Positions 1 to 10,900 of a DNA stretch of 64,000 bases are shown piece after piece. How positions within the stretch are numbered: the first letter of the stretch is position 1; each line of letters begins with the position of its first letter. Both the position numbers and the translations under genes were made by a program. Origin of the DNA: Candidatus Aenigmatarchaeota archaeon (GTDB taxonomy: Archaea; Aenigmatarchaeota; Aenigmatarchaeia; CG10238-14; SCSR01); assembly GCA_039000165.1 (NCBI GenBank), contig JAWBTW010000001.1, positions 30,525 through 94,524 of the forward strand. Direction: 5' to 3'. A model generated the notes under the pieces. The model had not been told where the DNA came from and did not search any database. It saw only the letters and a list, made by a program, of their open reading frames with translations.

Positions 1-82
1 TCTTGAACAAATCTTCCATCCATTCTTATTTGGAATCAGAAGTAATAAAAAGTTTTTTAACTTACAAGAAGGAAAAAAGATT

Positions 83-835
83 ATGGTAGATTTCAAAAAA
101 TTTAATACTTTCATTTTTGATTTAGACGGAACTGTTTGGAACTGGGTAAGTTTGCTTCCAGGAGCAAAAGAAATTATTCAAAAATTAAAAAAAGAAGGAA
201 AGCAAGTTCTTTTTGTCTCAAATAATAGTATGCTTTGCAGAAGAAAGATGGTAGAGAAGTTAAGAAGCTTTGGGATAGAGGTTAAAGATAACGATTTGAT
301 AACTTCAAGTTTTGTTGCCGCGAACTACTTAAAAATTAAAAATGCTAGTGCTTTTCCTATAGGTCAAGGAGTGAAAGAAGAGTTGGAAGAAAATGGTGTA
401 AAAATTGATGAAAATAAACCAGAATATTTGGTTGTCGGTCAAGACTTAAGCTTTAACTGGGAAAAACTGATGAAAGCTTACGAGATAGTAAAAAATGGAG
501 CAAAGATATTGGCTACAGCAAGAGGAAAGGTTTATTTTGAAGGAGAAAAATTGATGCCAGCTACAGGAGTTTGGGTCAGTGCTATAGAATACATAACGGA
601 TAAAAAAGCAAAGCTTATAGGCAAACCTTCTAACGAAATGTTAGAAACTATTCAGCTTTTTGTTTGCTCACCAAGAAAAGAAACTGTTTTGATTGGTGAT
701 GAATGTGATTCAGATATAATGGCAGGAAAGATTCTTGGTTACTATACTGTTTTGGTTAAAACAGGAATAGATAAGGAGGCAAAAAAGGTCAAACCAGACT
801 TGATAATAGATTCTTTAGAAGAAATAAAGATTTAA
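83..835 (+). CDS. HAD-IIA (NagD-like) hydrolase
   Basis: FDLDGT motif I, SNNS, GKPS and IGDxxDSDI motifs. Confidence 0.9.
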   Translation: MVDFKKFNTFIFDLDGTVWNWVSLLPGAKEIIQKLKKEGKQVLFVSNNSMLCRRKMVEKLRSFGIEVKDNDLITSSFVAANYLKIKNASAFPIGQGVKEELEENGVKIDENKPEYLVVGQDLSFNWEKLMKAYEIVKNGAKILATARGKVYFEGEKLMPATGVWVSAIEYITDKKAKLIGKPSNEMLETIQLFVCSPRKETVLIGDECDSDIMAGKILGYYTVLVKTGIDKEAKKVKPDLIIDSLEEIKI

Positions 836-1302
836 TCACTTACTTTTCTTAGATATTTTTTGTACCAGTTCTGAATCGAGGATTTAACGTTTATTTTTCT
901 AACTAAAGCTTTAAGTTCGCTTACCCCTACTCGGAAGTGCCACCTTCCTTTTTTTGTTATAGAATAAACTCTTCTTGGTTTTTCGGCTATAATCATTTGA
1001 GATTCTACAAGACCTCTTTCTTCTAAAGACCAAAGAGTTGGATAAACTGTGCTTGCTCCTGGATTATAACCAAACTTTTCTCTTAATTTTTTCATGATCT
1101 TATAGCCGTGAAGATTTCCGTAATGTTCCAAAAAATAAAGTATTAAAAAATCTATACAGCTTCTAATCCATCTTCTTCTGTATTGCCTAGCAACATCTCC
1201 ATAATTTTCAGTAGGCAAAATTACTGGATATTTTTGAGTTACTTGTGGAAAACTCATGAAAATTAAAGGAAAAGTAAACTTTTTATGTTTTTCTAAAACC
1301 AT
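832..1302 (-). CDS. PadR-family transcriptional regulator
   Basis: HGYxIMK...STVYPTLxxLEERGLV...RRVYSITxKG winged-helix signature. Confidence 0.85.
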   Translation of the reverse strand: MVLEKHKKFTFPLIFMSFPQVTQKYPVILPTENYGDVARQYRRRWIRSCIDFLILYFLEHYGNLHGYKIMKKLREKFGYNPGASTVYPTLWSLEERGLVESQMIIAEKPRRVYSITKKGRWHFRVGVSELKALVRKINVKSSIQNWYKKYLRKVSD

Positions 1303-1335
1303 TTAATTTTTAAGTTCAAAATAATAAATCTATAG

Positions 1336-3015
1336 GTGATTAATTTCGAGAAAGAAAGATGGCTTGTAACAGCAGCTTTACCTTATGTGAACAATATCCC
1401 ACATGTAGGTAACATAGTAGGTTCTCATTTACCAGCAGATATTTTTGCAAGATTTCTGAGACTTTTTGGTTACGATGTTGTTTTCGTTGGTGGTACTGAT
1501 GAGCATGGTTCACCAACAGAAGTTGCAGCTTTTAAAGCTGGTTTAAGCCCAAAGGATTTTTGTGATAAACTATACGAAGTTCATAAGCTTATTTATGACT
1601 GGTTTGGCATAAGCTACGATAACTTTTCTAGAACTTCTAAAGAGATAAACCATAAAGTTACGACTGAAATTTTTTTGAGATTGCTTAAGAACGGATTTAT
1701 AATAAGGAAGAAACTTTTGCTTCCTTATTGCCCTGTAGATAAAAGATTTTTACCCGATAGATGGATAGAAGGCACATGCCCTTATTGTGGTTATAAACCT
1801 GCAAGAGGCGATCAATGTGAATCTTGTACTCGTTTGCTTGATCCTTCTGAACTTATAGAACCTTATTGTATAATTTGTAAAAACAAACCAGAAATAAAAG
1901 AAGTTGAGCATTTATTCTTAGACTTGCCAAAACTTGAAAAGCAACTTGAAGAATGGATAAAAGGAAACAAGCATTGGAAGCCTAACGTGAGAAATTTAGC
2001 TTTATCTTGGATAAAAGAAGGTTTAAAACCAAGATGCATTTCAAGAGATTTAAAATGGGGGATTCAAATTCCTCTAGAAGGATTCAAGGATAAAGTTTTC
2101 TATTGCTGGTTTGATGCTCCTATTGGTTACATTTCTTCAACAGTTGAATGGGCTGAAAAAGTTGGTAAGCCAGAAGAATGGAGAAAGTATTGGCAGGAAA
2201 AAGGTTCAAAAATAGTTCATTTTATAGGAAAGGATAATATTGTTTTTCATACGATAATTTGGCCTGCTATTTTGATGGGGACCGGAGAGTTTAATCTTCC
2301 TTATCAAGTTGGTGGCCTAGAGTTTTTGAATTATGAAGGGGATAAAATTTCAAAAAGTAGAAACTGGGGAGTTTTTCTAGATGTTGAGAATAGTAAGGTT
2401 ATAGTAAAGGTTGGTGATAAGAAAATAGATATAGAGCCTGATTATTTAAGGTTTTACTTAAGCTTGATAATGCCTGAGACAAAAGATTCAAATTTTGTTT
2501 GGAAAGAATTTGAAAAAAAGGTTAACGCTGAGCTTGTTGGTAATTTTGGGAATCTTGTTTTTAGAGTTTTGATTTTCGTTAGAAACAATTTTAATTCTAC
2601 AGTTCCTGAGCCTGAAAAGTTGGGAAGAAAAGAAAACAATCTAATTAAAAAGATAACTACTACAAAAAATTCTGTGAAAGAACTTGTTTTGCAACTTAAG
2701 TTTAGAGACGCTTTGAAAAAGATTTTAAGTTTAAGTAAAGCTGGTAATGCTTACTTCCAAAGCAAAAAGCCTTGGGAAACTCTTAAGGAAAATCCTGAAG
2801 ATTGTAGAACAACCTTATTTGTTAGCGTGCATCTAGTTAAAGCTTTAGCTGTGCTTCTCGAACCTTTTATTCCTTTTACTTCTGAGAAAATTTGGTCTCA
2901 GCTTAACTTAGAAGGTTCAGTCCACAAACAAGATTTTGATAGCTTAGACAAACTTGATATTCAACCTGGACATAAAATTGGAAAAGTTGAGCCTTTGTTC
3001 AAGAAATTTGAGTAA
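1336..3015 (+). CDS. metG: Methionine--tRNA ligase, catalytic part (no C-terminal tRNA-binding domain)
   Basis: TAALPYVNNIPHVGN, GTDEHG, Zn knuckles, YCWFDA, HFIGKDN, KISKS. Confidence 0.97.
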   Translation: MINFEKERWLVTAALPYVNNIPHVGNIVGSHLPADIFARFLRLFGYDVVFVGGTDEHGSPTEVAAFKAGLSPKDFCDKLYEVHKLIYDWFGISYDNFSRTSKEINHKVTTEIFLRLLKNGFIIRKKLLLPYCPVDKRFLPDRWIEGTCPYCGYKPARGDQCESCTRLLDPSELIEPYCIICKNKPEIKEVEHLFLDLPKLEKQLEEWIKGNKHWKPNVRNLALSWIKEGLKPRCISRDLKWGIQIPLEGFKDKVFYCWFDAPIGYISSTVEWAEKVGKPEEWRKYWQEKGSKIVHFIGKDNIVFHTIIWPAILMGTGEFNLPYQVGGLEFLNYEGDKISKSRNWGVFLDVENSKVIVKVGDKKIDIEPDYLRFYLSLIMPETKDSNFVWKEFEKKVNAELVGNFGNLVFRVLIFVRNNFNSTVPEPEKLGRKENNLIKKITTTKNSVKELVLQLKFRDALKKILSLSKAGNAYFQSKKPWETLKENPEDCRTTLFVSVHLVKALAVLLEPFIPFTSEKIWSQLNLEGSVHKQDFDSLDKLDIQPGHKIGKVEPLFKKFE

Positions 3016-3048
3016 AAGATTTAAAAATAAAACAAGAAATAAAATAGC

Positions 3049-3378
3049 ATGACAGAGATATCTTTCGCTCAATTTAAAGAGCTTGACCTAAGAGTAGGGA
3101 AAGTTTTGGAAGCAGAGCAAATACCAAACTCAAGGAATTTAATTAAACTAATAGTTGATTTTGGAACAGAAAAAAGGCAAGCAGTTGCTGGGCTTGTTGG
3201 TTATTATAAACCTGAGGAACTTGTTGGAAACAAGTATGTTTTCATCCTTAACCTGGAAAGGAAAAAGTTTTTTGGAATAGAAAGTCAATGTATGATTCTT
3301 GCTGCAGAAGATAGTAAAGGAAATGTGGTTTTGATAAAGCCAGAAAAAGATATAGAAGAAGGAAGTAAGATAACTTAA
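3049..3378 (+). CDS. MetRS C-terminal / Trbp111-like OB-fold tRNA-binding protein
   Basis: LDLRVGKVLEAE...VDFG.EKRQ..AGL...ESQCMILAA; directly follows metG. Confidence 0.9.
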   Translation: MTEISFAQFKELDLRVGKVLEAEQIPNSRNLIKLIVDFGTEKRQAVAGLVGYYKPEELVGNKYVFILNLERKKFFGIESQCMILAAEDSKGNVVLIKPEKDIEEGSKIT

Positions 3379-3505
3379 GTTTGCTTCTAGATAATAAAGG
3401 TTTAGACAAGCATAAATTTTATGCTTTAGAGAGAGGAAATAGAAGAATTAGTGAAAAGGCTGAACGAGTTTTTACTTTAAATTTTCTTAAATCAAAAAAA
3501 TTTAT

Positions 3506-3976
3506 ATGAAGAAAGTTAGGGATTTCATGAATTATAACGTTATTTTTGTAAGTCCTGAAGACTCAATTTTTGAGGCTGCAAAAATTTTCTGTGAGAAAAA
3601 CATTTCCGGAGCTCCAGTAGTAGAAGAAGGAAAAGTTGTCGGAGTGATAAGCATTTCCGATATAATAAGGTTTGTTAGTATGAAATTAAAAAAAGCAGAC
3701 TTGACACAAATTCCTTCGCTAAGCTTGCTTTTGTTCGATTTCATAAAGAGCAGTAAAGAATACTTACAAATGAAAAAAGAAATAAACAAGATTTTGAAAG
3801 TTAAGGTAAGAGATGTTATGAGTAAGGAAGTTGTTTCAATAAACCCAGAAGCTAGCTTAATAGAGGCAGCTTCGCTGATGGAAAAAAATGATGTTAATAG
3901 GTTACCCGTAATAGAAAATGAAAAGCTTGTTGGAATAATAGCTAGAGAAGACTTGATAAAAGCTCTTATAGAATAA
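3506..3976 (+). CDS. CBS domain-pair protein
   Basis: two CBS repeats (ISGAPVV..GKVVGVIS; VNRLPVI..KLVGII). Confidence 0.92.
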   Translation: MKKVRDFMNYNVIFVSPEDSIFEAAKIFCEKNISGAPVVEEGKVVGVISISDIIRFVSMKLKKADLTQIPSLSLLLFDFIKSSKEYLQMKKEINKILKVKVRDVMSKEVVSINPEASLIEAASLMEKNDVNRLPVIENEKLVGIIAREDLIKALIE

Positions 3977-4445
3977 AAGGAATCCTTCTACTTTTTGGAA
4001 TCATATTTTTTATACCTTGCTCAGTAAGCAAACTACTTCCAAGTATTTTATCCTTGAATTTAACTATGACAAAGTTGTGATATTCACAGTTTATTTTTTT
4101 CTCTGGCTTAACATCTAAGCCTTGCATAAATTTTAAAGCATTTTCTTGGTTTAAAATCACTATGTTTTTTGTTGCATTTTTACCAACAATTTGTGAACCT
4201 TCTATGGTTAAATGAATTTTCTCATTTCTCTTTAATTTACCAAAGTTAAATCCTAGGGAATTAACTTGAAGTTTTGAAAAATCAAAATTTAAAACTTCTT
4301 TGCTTGTTAGCCAAATTTTTTCTTCCTTATCTTTTGCTACACCAAAATCTTTTAAACTAACTTTTGTTCCGTAATTTTTCTCCAAAATTCTCTCTAATTC
4401 TTCTATCTCTTCTCTACCTAGAAAAGTCATTTTCTTAGTTTGCAT
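3966..4445 (-). CDS. RsmF C-terminal / NIP7-PUA-like accessory protein
   Basis: GFNFGK...LTIEGSQIVG..ATKN pattern; coupled to upstream m5C methyltransferase. Confidence 0.7.
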   Translation of the reverse strand: MQTKKMTFLGREEIEELERILEKNYGTKVSLKDFGVAKDKEEKIWLTSKEVLNFDFSKLQVNSLGFNFGKLKRNEKIHLTIEGSQIVGKNATKNIVILNQENALKFMQGLDVKPEKKINCEYHNFVIVKFKDKILGSSLLTEQGIKNMIPKSRRIPFIL

Positions 4446-5314
4446 ACAAAAAATCCCTCTGTTTTTTGAGAAGGAATGATTCTTAAAGCTTTAGCCAAAG
4501 ATTTATCGAACTCTTTTTCTTCAAACGTGGTTAAACCTTTAATACAGGGAAATTTAAGCTTTATTTCTTCTACTTTTAAACCAAGTGTTTTAATCGCAAA
4601 ATCTATAACCTCTTCGTTTTCCATCGGTTCTATAGAACAAGTTGAATAAACTAAAGTTCCGTTCTCTTTCAAACATTTGGAAGCAGAAATTATCAGTTTT
4701 TTTTGCAAATTTTGTAAAGCTTTTATACTTGTTAAACTTGTTTGTTGAAATATTCTTTCCTTAAGTTGACCTGTACCTGAGCATGGCACATCTAAAAGAA
4801 TTTTGTCAAATTTTAAGCCAAGTTTCCAAAACCTTTCTCCAAAATGTATAGTTATTATTGTGTTAGCCACTCCGCATCTTTGCAAGTTTCCTCTCAGAGC
4901 TTTTATTCTCTTGTAGGTTATGTCGTTAGCGATTATTACTCCCTTGTTTTCCATCATAGCAGCAATCTGGGTTGTTTTTGCTCCAGGAGCTGCGCATAAG
5001 TCAAGAATTATTTCTTCAGGCTTAGGTTCTAGAACTAAAGGAGGAATCATGCTAGAAGCATTTTGAATAAAAAAATAGCCTAGAACATGCTCTATAGTTT
5101 TTGCTAAATTTTCTTTAGTTTTTACCCAAAAACCTTCTTTTATCCAAGGTATTTTTTCGTATTCAAAACCTTTTTCTTCAAAAAATTTAATTGCTTCGTC
5201 TACCGAAAACTTTAAAGTATTTATTCTAACATGCCACAAAGGTAGAAAAGGTTCAGCAAATTTTTCTTTAAAGCCTGGATAGATTTTTTCATATCTTTCT
5301 AGTTCTAAGGTCAT
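4427..5314 (-). CDS. RsmB/NOP2/NSUN-family RNA m5C methyltransferase
   Basis: LDLCAAPGAKT, LLDVPCSGTG, YSTCS motifs. Confidence 0.95.
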   Translation of the reverse strand: MTLELERYEKIYPGFKEKFAEPFLPLWHVRINTLKFSVDEAIKFFEEKGFEYEKIPWIKEGFWVKTKENLAKTIEHVLGYFFIQNASSMIPPLVLEPKPEEIILDLCAAPGAKTTQIAAMMENKGVIIANDITYKRIKALRGNLQRCGVANTIITIHFGERFWKLGLKFDKILLDVPCSGTGQLKERIFQQTSLTSIKALQNLQKKLIISASKCLKENGTLVYSTCSIEPMENEEVIDFAIKTLGLKVEEIKLKFPCIKGLTTFEEKEFDKSLAKALRIIPSQKTEGFFVCKLRK

Positions 5315-5447
5315 AAAATTAAGTAAGATTTTTTATTATTTTAAATCAATTAATTATTAGAAAGATTAAGGTTGAAAAAGGCGTGTTCAAGATTACTGAA
5401 GTAACTATCCAGTGCGAAAAGGTTTAGAATATTTTTGTTGATCAAAA

Positions 5448-5675
5448 ATGAGAGGGGAATATGCTGAGCTTACATGTCCATTTTGTGATAAGGGAAGAAT
5501 ACGAGCGTGGTATATTCCAGGAGCAATAAGTGTTAAGAGAGGAAGCTGTAGAAGCTTACCAAGGTTTACAAAACACAAAAGCCCAGACGTTTGGATAATA
5601 AAATCTGGTTGCGAAGTTTGTGGTAAGTCGCAAGAGGAAGTTGAAAAAGAATTGAGGAGAAAGGGGATTATCTAG
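5448..5675 (+). CDS. Small Zn-finger protein
   Basis: CPFC ... CEVCG. Confidence 0.6.
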   Translation: MRGEYAELTCPFCDKGRIRAWYIPGAISVKRGSCRSLPRFTKHKSPDVWIIKSGCEVCGKSQEEVEKELRRKGII

Positions 5676-5844
5676 AAAGTTTTTTCCAAGCATAGCTAAG
5701 AGTTTCGTAAAGAACAGTGCAGCCCCCATAGACTACAAAAGAAGCAAGAATATCCTTTAGAGCTTCAGGATTTTTAGAGGCATAATAGCTTAAATAACCT
5801 AAGGCACAAGCTCCAGCGAGGTAACCTAAGTGTCTTAGCTTCAT
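5668..5844 (-). CDS. Small hydrophobic hypothetical protein (58 aa, below ORF-track cutoff)
   Basis: manual translation MKLRHLGYLAGACALGYLSY...WKKLSR*; fills the intergenic gap. Confidence 0.5.
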   Translation of the reverse strand: MKLRHLGYLAGACALGYLSYYASKNPEALKDILASFVVYGGCTVLYETLSYAWKKLSR

Positions 5845-5875
5845 GATTAAGAGTTAAAAAGAAAACTATAAAAAA

Positions 5876-6541
5876 TTATCGAACAATTTTAAGTAATTCT
5901 TCTATACTTTTAATTTCAAAATCTGCTCTTCCTCTTTCTTTTCTTTCTTGTCCATACTTTGCAAGTACAGTTTTGATTCCAAGCTTTTTCGCTGGTTTTA
6001 TGTCTCTTTCTACAGAATCCCCGACTAAAAGAACTTCTTCTGGCTTAAGTTCAAGTTTTTTTAAAGCAAGTTTCAAAGGTTCTAGGCTTGTTTTTTCTTT
6101 TCCTGTATCCTCTTTTCCTATGAGAAAATCAAAGTATTCATCTATTCCCAAAGCCAGAACTCTTTGATAAGCCTTTAATTTGGGGGCATCAGTAACTATT
6201 GCAAGCTTCAAACCAAGCTTTCTTAATTTCCTCAAAGTTTGCTTAACCTTTGGATAAGGCTTTAGGAATTTTTGTTTTTTCTCAAGGTAAGCATTTATTC
6301 CAGCCGCTAAGATTTTCTCGTTCAAAAAACCTTGGCTTTCCAAAAATTTTTCAAAAGCTTTGTCTGATTCTATCCCAACTTTAAAATAGGTTTCCATAAG
6401 TTTTTTGTAAGCTTTTTTGAAAGGAAGTCTCAAACCATTTTTTATCATTGCTTTTACAGCTGCCTTACAAGCTTCTTGCTTCATTTTTATAAAATCTATT
6501 AGAGTATTGTCCAAATCAAAAATTATTGCCTTGATTTTCAT
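5876..6541 (-). CDS. HAD-IA family hydrolase
   Basis: FDLDNTL, VTD, VGDSxERDI motifs. Confidence 0.92.
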   Translation of the reverse strand: MKIKAIIFDLDNTLIDFIKMKQEACKAAVKAMIKNGLRLPFKKAYKKLMETYFKVGIESDKAFEKFLESQGFLNEKILAAGINAYLEKKQKFLKPYPKVKQTLRKLRKLGLKLAIVTDAPKLKAYQRVLALGIDEYFDFLIGKEDTGKEKTSLEPLKLALKKLELKPEEVLLVGDSVERDIKPAKKLGIKTVLAKYGQERKERGRADFEIKSIEELLKIVR

Positions 6542-6573
6542 AAACTTTATTTTTAAATCAAATCTAATTAAGA

Positions 6574-7029
6574 TTACGTAACGTCTTCCCTTGTAAAAAT
6601 CCTTTCACAAAAGTAACATCTTAACCTTAAAGGTTCTTTTTCCTCCACCACAAACTTTGTTTCTACTTCCTCATAATTTGTTATACAGTTTTTGTTTGGG
6701 CATTTAATTACACCTTCCAAAATTTCTGGCAAGGAAATTTTTCTTTTTTCAACAACTTCCCAATTTCTTATTATGTTTAGAGTTGCAGAAGGGGCTATCA
6801 AAGCAATTCTACTCACTTCTTTTTCGGTTAATTCTCGGTTTTCAACTTTAACTACATCTTTTTTTCCTAGTTTTTTGCTTGGAACGTTCATTAAAATTAC
6901 GCTGATAGAATTATTTTCTTCTAGGTTTAAAAGGGACGCAACCTTTAACCCCAGATTGGCTGGAATGTGATCTATCACTGTACCGTTTTCTATTTTCCTT
7001 ACAAGCAATTCTTTCTCGCTCATGGACAT
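6574..7029 (-). CDS. pyrI: Aspartate carbamoyltransferase regulatory chain
   Basis: IENGTVIDHI, KKDVVKVE, CPNKNCIT, CYFCE. Confidence 0.97.
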   Translation of the reverse strand: MSMSEKELLVRKIENGTVIDHIPANLGLKVASLLNLEENNSISVILMNVPSKKLGKKDVVKVENRELTEKEVSRIALIAPSATLNIIRNWEVVEKRKISLPEILEGVIKCPNKNCITNYEEVETKFVVEEKEPLRLRCYFCERIFTREDVT

Positions 7030-7943
7030 ACCAGATTCAAAACAGCCATTCTTACAGGAATTCCATAATAAACTTGCTCAAAATACTTTGCCTTTTTTGT
7101 TTTATCTATACTTGGCTCTATCTCACTAGTTTTTGGCAGAGCATGCAATATTACAACATCTTCCTTAGTTTTTTCAAGGATTCGCGGAGTTATCTTAAAG
7201 CTCTTTTGAATCTTTTCTGCTTCATAAACATCTTCAAACCTTTCCTTCTGAATCCTGCAAACATAAATTACATCAGCGTTTTTTATTCCTGAGATTATGT
7301 TGTCTGTTTGGATTATATCAGCGTCAAACTTTTTCAAAATTTCCATTATAAATTCTTCTGGAAATTCTAAACCGATAGGTGAAACTAAGGTTAAACTAAC
7401 TTTAAACATAGCTAAAGCGTAAGCAAGACTTTTCATAACTCTTCCGTGCTTTAAATCTCCAACCAAAGCAACGTTTAAACCTTCTATTCTTCCCTTTAAT
7501 TTTTTGATAGTATATAAGTCTAAAAGAGTTTGGGTAGGATGTTGATTTGCTCCATCACCTGCATTTATCACAGGCTTTTCTGAAATTTCTGCTGCAAGCC
7601 TTGCAGCACCTTCTTTTGGATGGCGAATAACCATTACGTTACAATATTTCTCTACTGTTCTAATCGTATCGATTAAGGTTTCACCTTTTGCTATAGAAGT
7701 TCCTTCAATACTTTCAAAACCTATCACGCTGCCACCAAGCTTTTGCATCGCACTTGCAAAAGAAAGCCTTGTCCTTGTGCTTGGCTCAAAGAATAAGTTT
7801 GCAAGAATTTTTCCTTTCAGTAAATCTAGACAACCTTTTTCAGCAAGCAATGATTCCATTCTTTCTGCTTCCTCAAGAATTTTTTCTATTTCTCTTTTTT
7901 CTAAATCTCTTATCGATATAATATCTTTTCCTTTGAAATTCAT
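7020..7943 (-). CDS. pyrB: Aspartate carbamoyltransferase catalytic chain
   Basis: FFEPSTRT, NAGDGANQHPTQ, GDLKHGR, RIQKER, HALP. Confidence 0.98.
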   Translation of the reverse strand: MNFKGKDIISIRDLEKREIEKILEEAERMESLLAEKGCLDLLKGKILANLFFEPSTRTRLSFASAMQKLGGSVIGFESIEGTSIAKGETLIDTIRTVEKYCNVMVIRHPKEGAARLAAEISEKPVINAGDGANQHPTQTLLDLYTIKKLKGRIEGLNVALVGDLKHGRVMKSLAYALAMFKVSLTLVSPIGLEFPEEFIMEILKKFDADIIQTDNIISGIKNADVIYVCRIQKERFEDVYEAEKIQKSFKITPRILEKTKEDVVILHALPKTSEIEPSIDKTKKAKYFEQVYYGIPVRMAVLNLVCP

Positions 7944-10900
7944 ACTAACGCCCTTAAAAGCCTTTCAAGTAAGTTAAAGTTTGTGATCAAAGGAATTCCA
8001 AATTCTACAGCCTTTCTTCTTAAATAATATTCTAAATCACTCTCTTCTGAAGGTACGTTTATCACTAGCTTTATTTCTTTGTTAGCTAGCAAATCTAATA
8101 CCTCTTCTTTTATTTCTCTTGCGTGGAATAAATAGTTAAAGTTTTGGTAAATACTTGAAGGGACAAAAACTTGGAATCCTTTATTTTCGAGCAACCTTCC
8201 TATCTCTGCTCCTAAGCTGTTGTTTGAGATTAATAAAACTTTGTCACCTGGCTTTGGTATATTAATACCGCTTGCCATCAAAGATTTAATAAAAGCTTCC
8301 TCAAAACTTTGACCAAAGCAGGCTACTTCTCCTGTAGAAACCATTTCAACGCTTAGTATAGGATCTGCTTTTTCTAGACGCATAAAAGAGAACTGTGGTG
8401 ACTTTACTCCATACTTCTTAGGAACTTTTTCTCCATCAAGAATCTCTTCTCCAAAAATTGCTTTAGCAGCTAGTTCCATCAAGTTTATTCCTATTGTTTT
8501 TGAGACAAAAGGCATGCTTCTACTTGCTCTTAAGTTGCATTCAATAACGTAAGCTTCATTATCCTTAACAAGGAACTGAACGTTAAAAGGGCCAATAATC
8601 TTAAGTTTTCTTGCTATGTTTTTTACATAAACCCTAATCTTTCTTTTTATTTCTTCGCTTAAACTTATAGGAGGAATTGTCATGGTAGCGTCGCCTGAAT
8701 GAACTCCTGCTTGTTCGATATGCTCAATTATTGCTCCTATGAAAACGTTTTCTCCATCACTTACTCCGTCAACTTCAACCTCTTTTGCTCCTTCTATAAA
8801 CTTCGAAACAACAACAGGGTACTCTCTTGAAACTTTCGAAGCAAGTTTCAGGTATTCTTCTAGTTCTTTTTCATTTTTTGCAACTTTCATGGCAGAACCT
8901 GAAAGGACGTAAGAAGGCCTGATCAAAACAGGATAGCCAAAATCTTGAGCAAACTCTTTTACTTTATCTATACTTTCAGCCTTGCACCATTCTGGTTGAG
9001 GAATTCTTAATTCGTTTAGCAAAGAGCTAAACTTTGCTCTATCTTCAGCTCTATCTATGCTTTCTGCGCTTGTTCCAAGAAGTTTTACACCAAAGCTTGC
9101 AAGTTTCAAAGCTAAGTTGTTTGGAATTTGACCACCAACGCTTACTACTACTCCTAAAGGATTTTCCTTTTCAACTATATCCAAAACTCTTTCTAGGGTT
9201 AATTCCTCAAAGTAAAGTTTGTCCAAAACGTCAAAATCTGTAGAAACGGTTTCTGGGTTATAGTTTATCATTATAACTTCATCAACCTTATTTTTTAAAG
9301 CCCAGGCCATGTTCACGCAGCACCAGTCAAACTCTACGCTTGAACCAATTCTATAACAACCTGAACCAAGAACAATTGCTTTTGTTTTGTTTGGAAATTC
9401 TATATCATCCTTTTCGCCATTATAAGTTAGGTAAAGGTAATTTGTTTGAGCAGGCCACTCAGCCGCTAGCGTATCTATTTGTTTTACTACAGGCAAAATT
9501 CCAAAAGATTTTCTTTTTTCTCTAACTTCTTTCTCACTTATTCCCAAAAGTTGGGCGATTTTCTTGTCAGAAAAGCCAAGCTTTTTCATTTCTCTTAAGC
9601 TTTCTTTGTCTAAACTCTTGAAATTTCTTTCAGCTTCAACTATTTCTTTTATTTTAAACAAGAACCATTTGTCTATTCCTGTGAGCTGGTAAATTTCTTC
9701 TATTTCCATCCCTTTTTGTATAGCTTTGACTATGTAGAAAAGTCTTTGGTCTGTCGGGTTTTCCAATTCTTCTTTTATTCTTTCTAAATCCTCTTCTAAA
9801 TCTTGAGTATCAGTAAGCTCTTTTCCTATATCAAGCATTCTAACTGCTTTTTGCAAGGCTTCTTCAAACCTTCTTCCTATTGCCATTACTTCACCTACAG
9901 ATTTCATTTGAGTTCCTATTCTTCTGCTAACTTTCCTAAACTTTTGAAAATCCCATCTAGGAATTTTAACAACTATGTAATCCAAAGCAGGTTCGAAGCA
10001 TGCAGTAGTAACTCCAGTAACTTTGTTTTTAAGCTCTGGTAAAGTATAACCTAGAGCAAGCTTAGCAGCTATATAAGCTATAGGGTAGCCTGTAGCCTTT
10101 GAAGCTAAGGCAGAACTTCTTGAAAGTCTTGGATTAACTTCTATAACTCTAAACTCTTCGTTTTTCGGGTTAAGAGCAAATTGAATGTTGCATTCCCCTA
10201 TAATTTTTAAAGCTCTTACTACTTTGAAGCTTACGCTTCTTAGTAAATGATATTCTCTGTTTGTCAAAGTTTGGGAAGGAGCAACAACTATACTATCGCC
10301 AGTATGAATTCCCATGGGGTCAAAATTTTCCATATTGCAAACTATTGCGCAATTATCTTCACAATCTCTCATCACTTCATACTCAACTTCCTTCCATTTT
10401 CCTAAGTATTCTTCTATTAAAACTTGTTTTATTCTGCTGTGAGCTAAGCCACGAGAAACAATTTCTTTAAGCTGGTTTTCATCATAGGCTACGCCTGTTC
10501 CTTGGCCGCCAAGAGTATAAGCTACCCTTACCATTACAGGATAGCCTATTTTATTAGCAACTTCTATAGCTTCTTCTATACTATTTGCTTTCCCGCTTCT
10601 TGGAACAGGAATTTTATTTTCAGTTAAAATTCTTCTGAATTTTTCTCTGTTACTTGCGTTTTCTATTGCTTCTACACTAGTTCCCAAAACTCTTACGTTA
10701 TACTTTTCATAAACCCCTCTTTCAAAAAGTTCAACTCCGCAATTCAAAGCAGTTTGGCCACCAAAAGTTAAAAGAATTCCATCTGGCCTTTCTTCTTCTA
10801 TCACTTTTTCGACAAAATCCGGAGTAATTGGTAAGAAATAAACTTTATCCACAAACCTCTCATCAGTTTGAATTGTTGCAACATTTGGATTAACAAGAAT

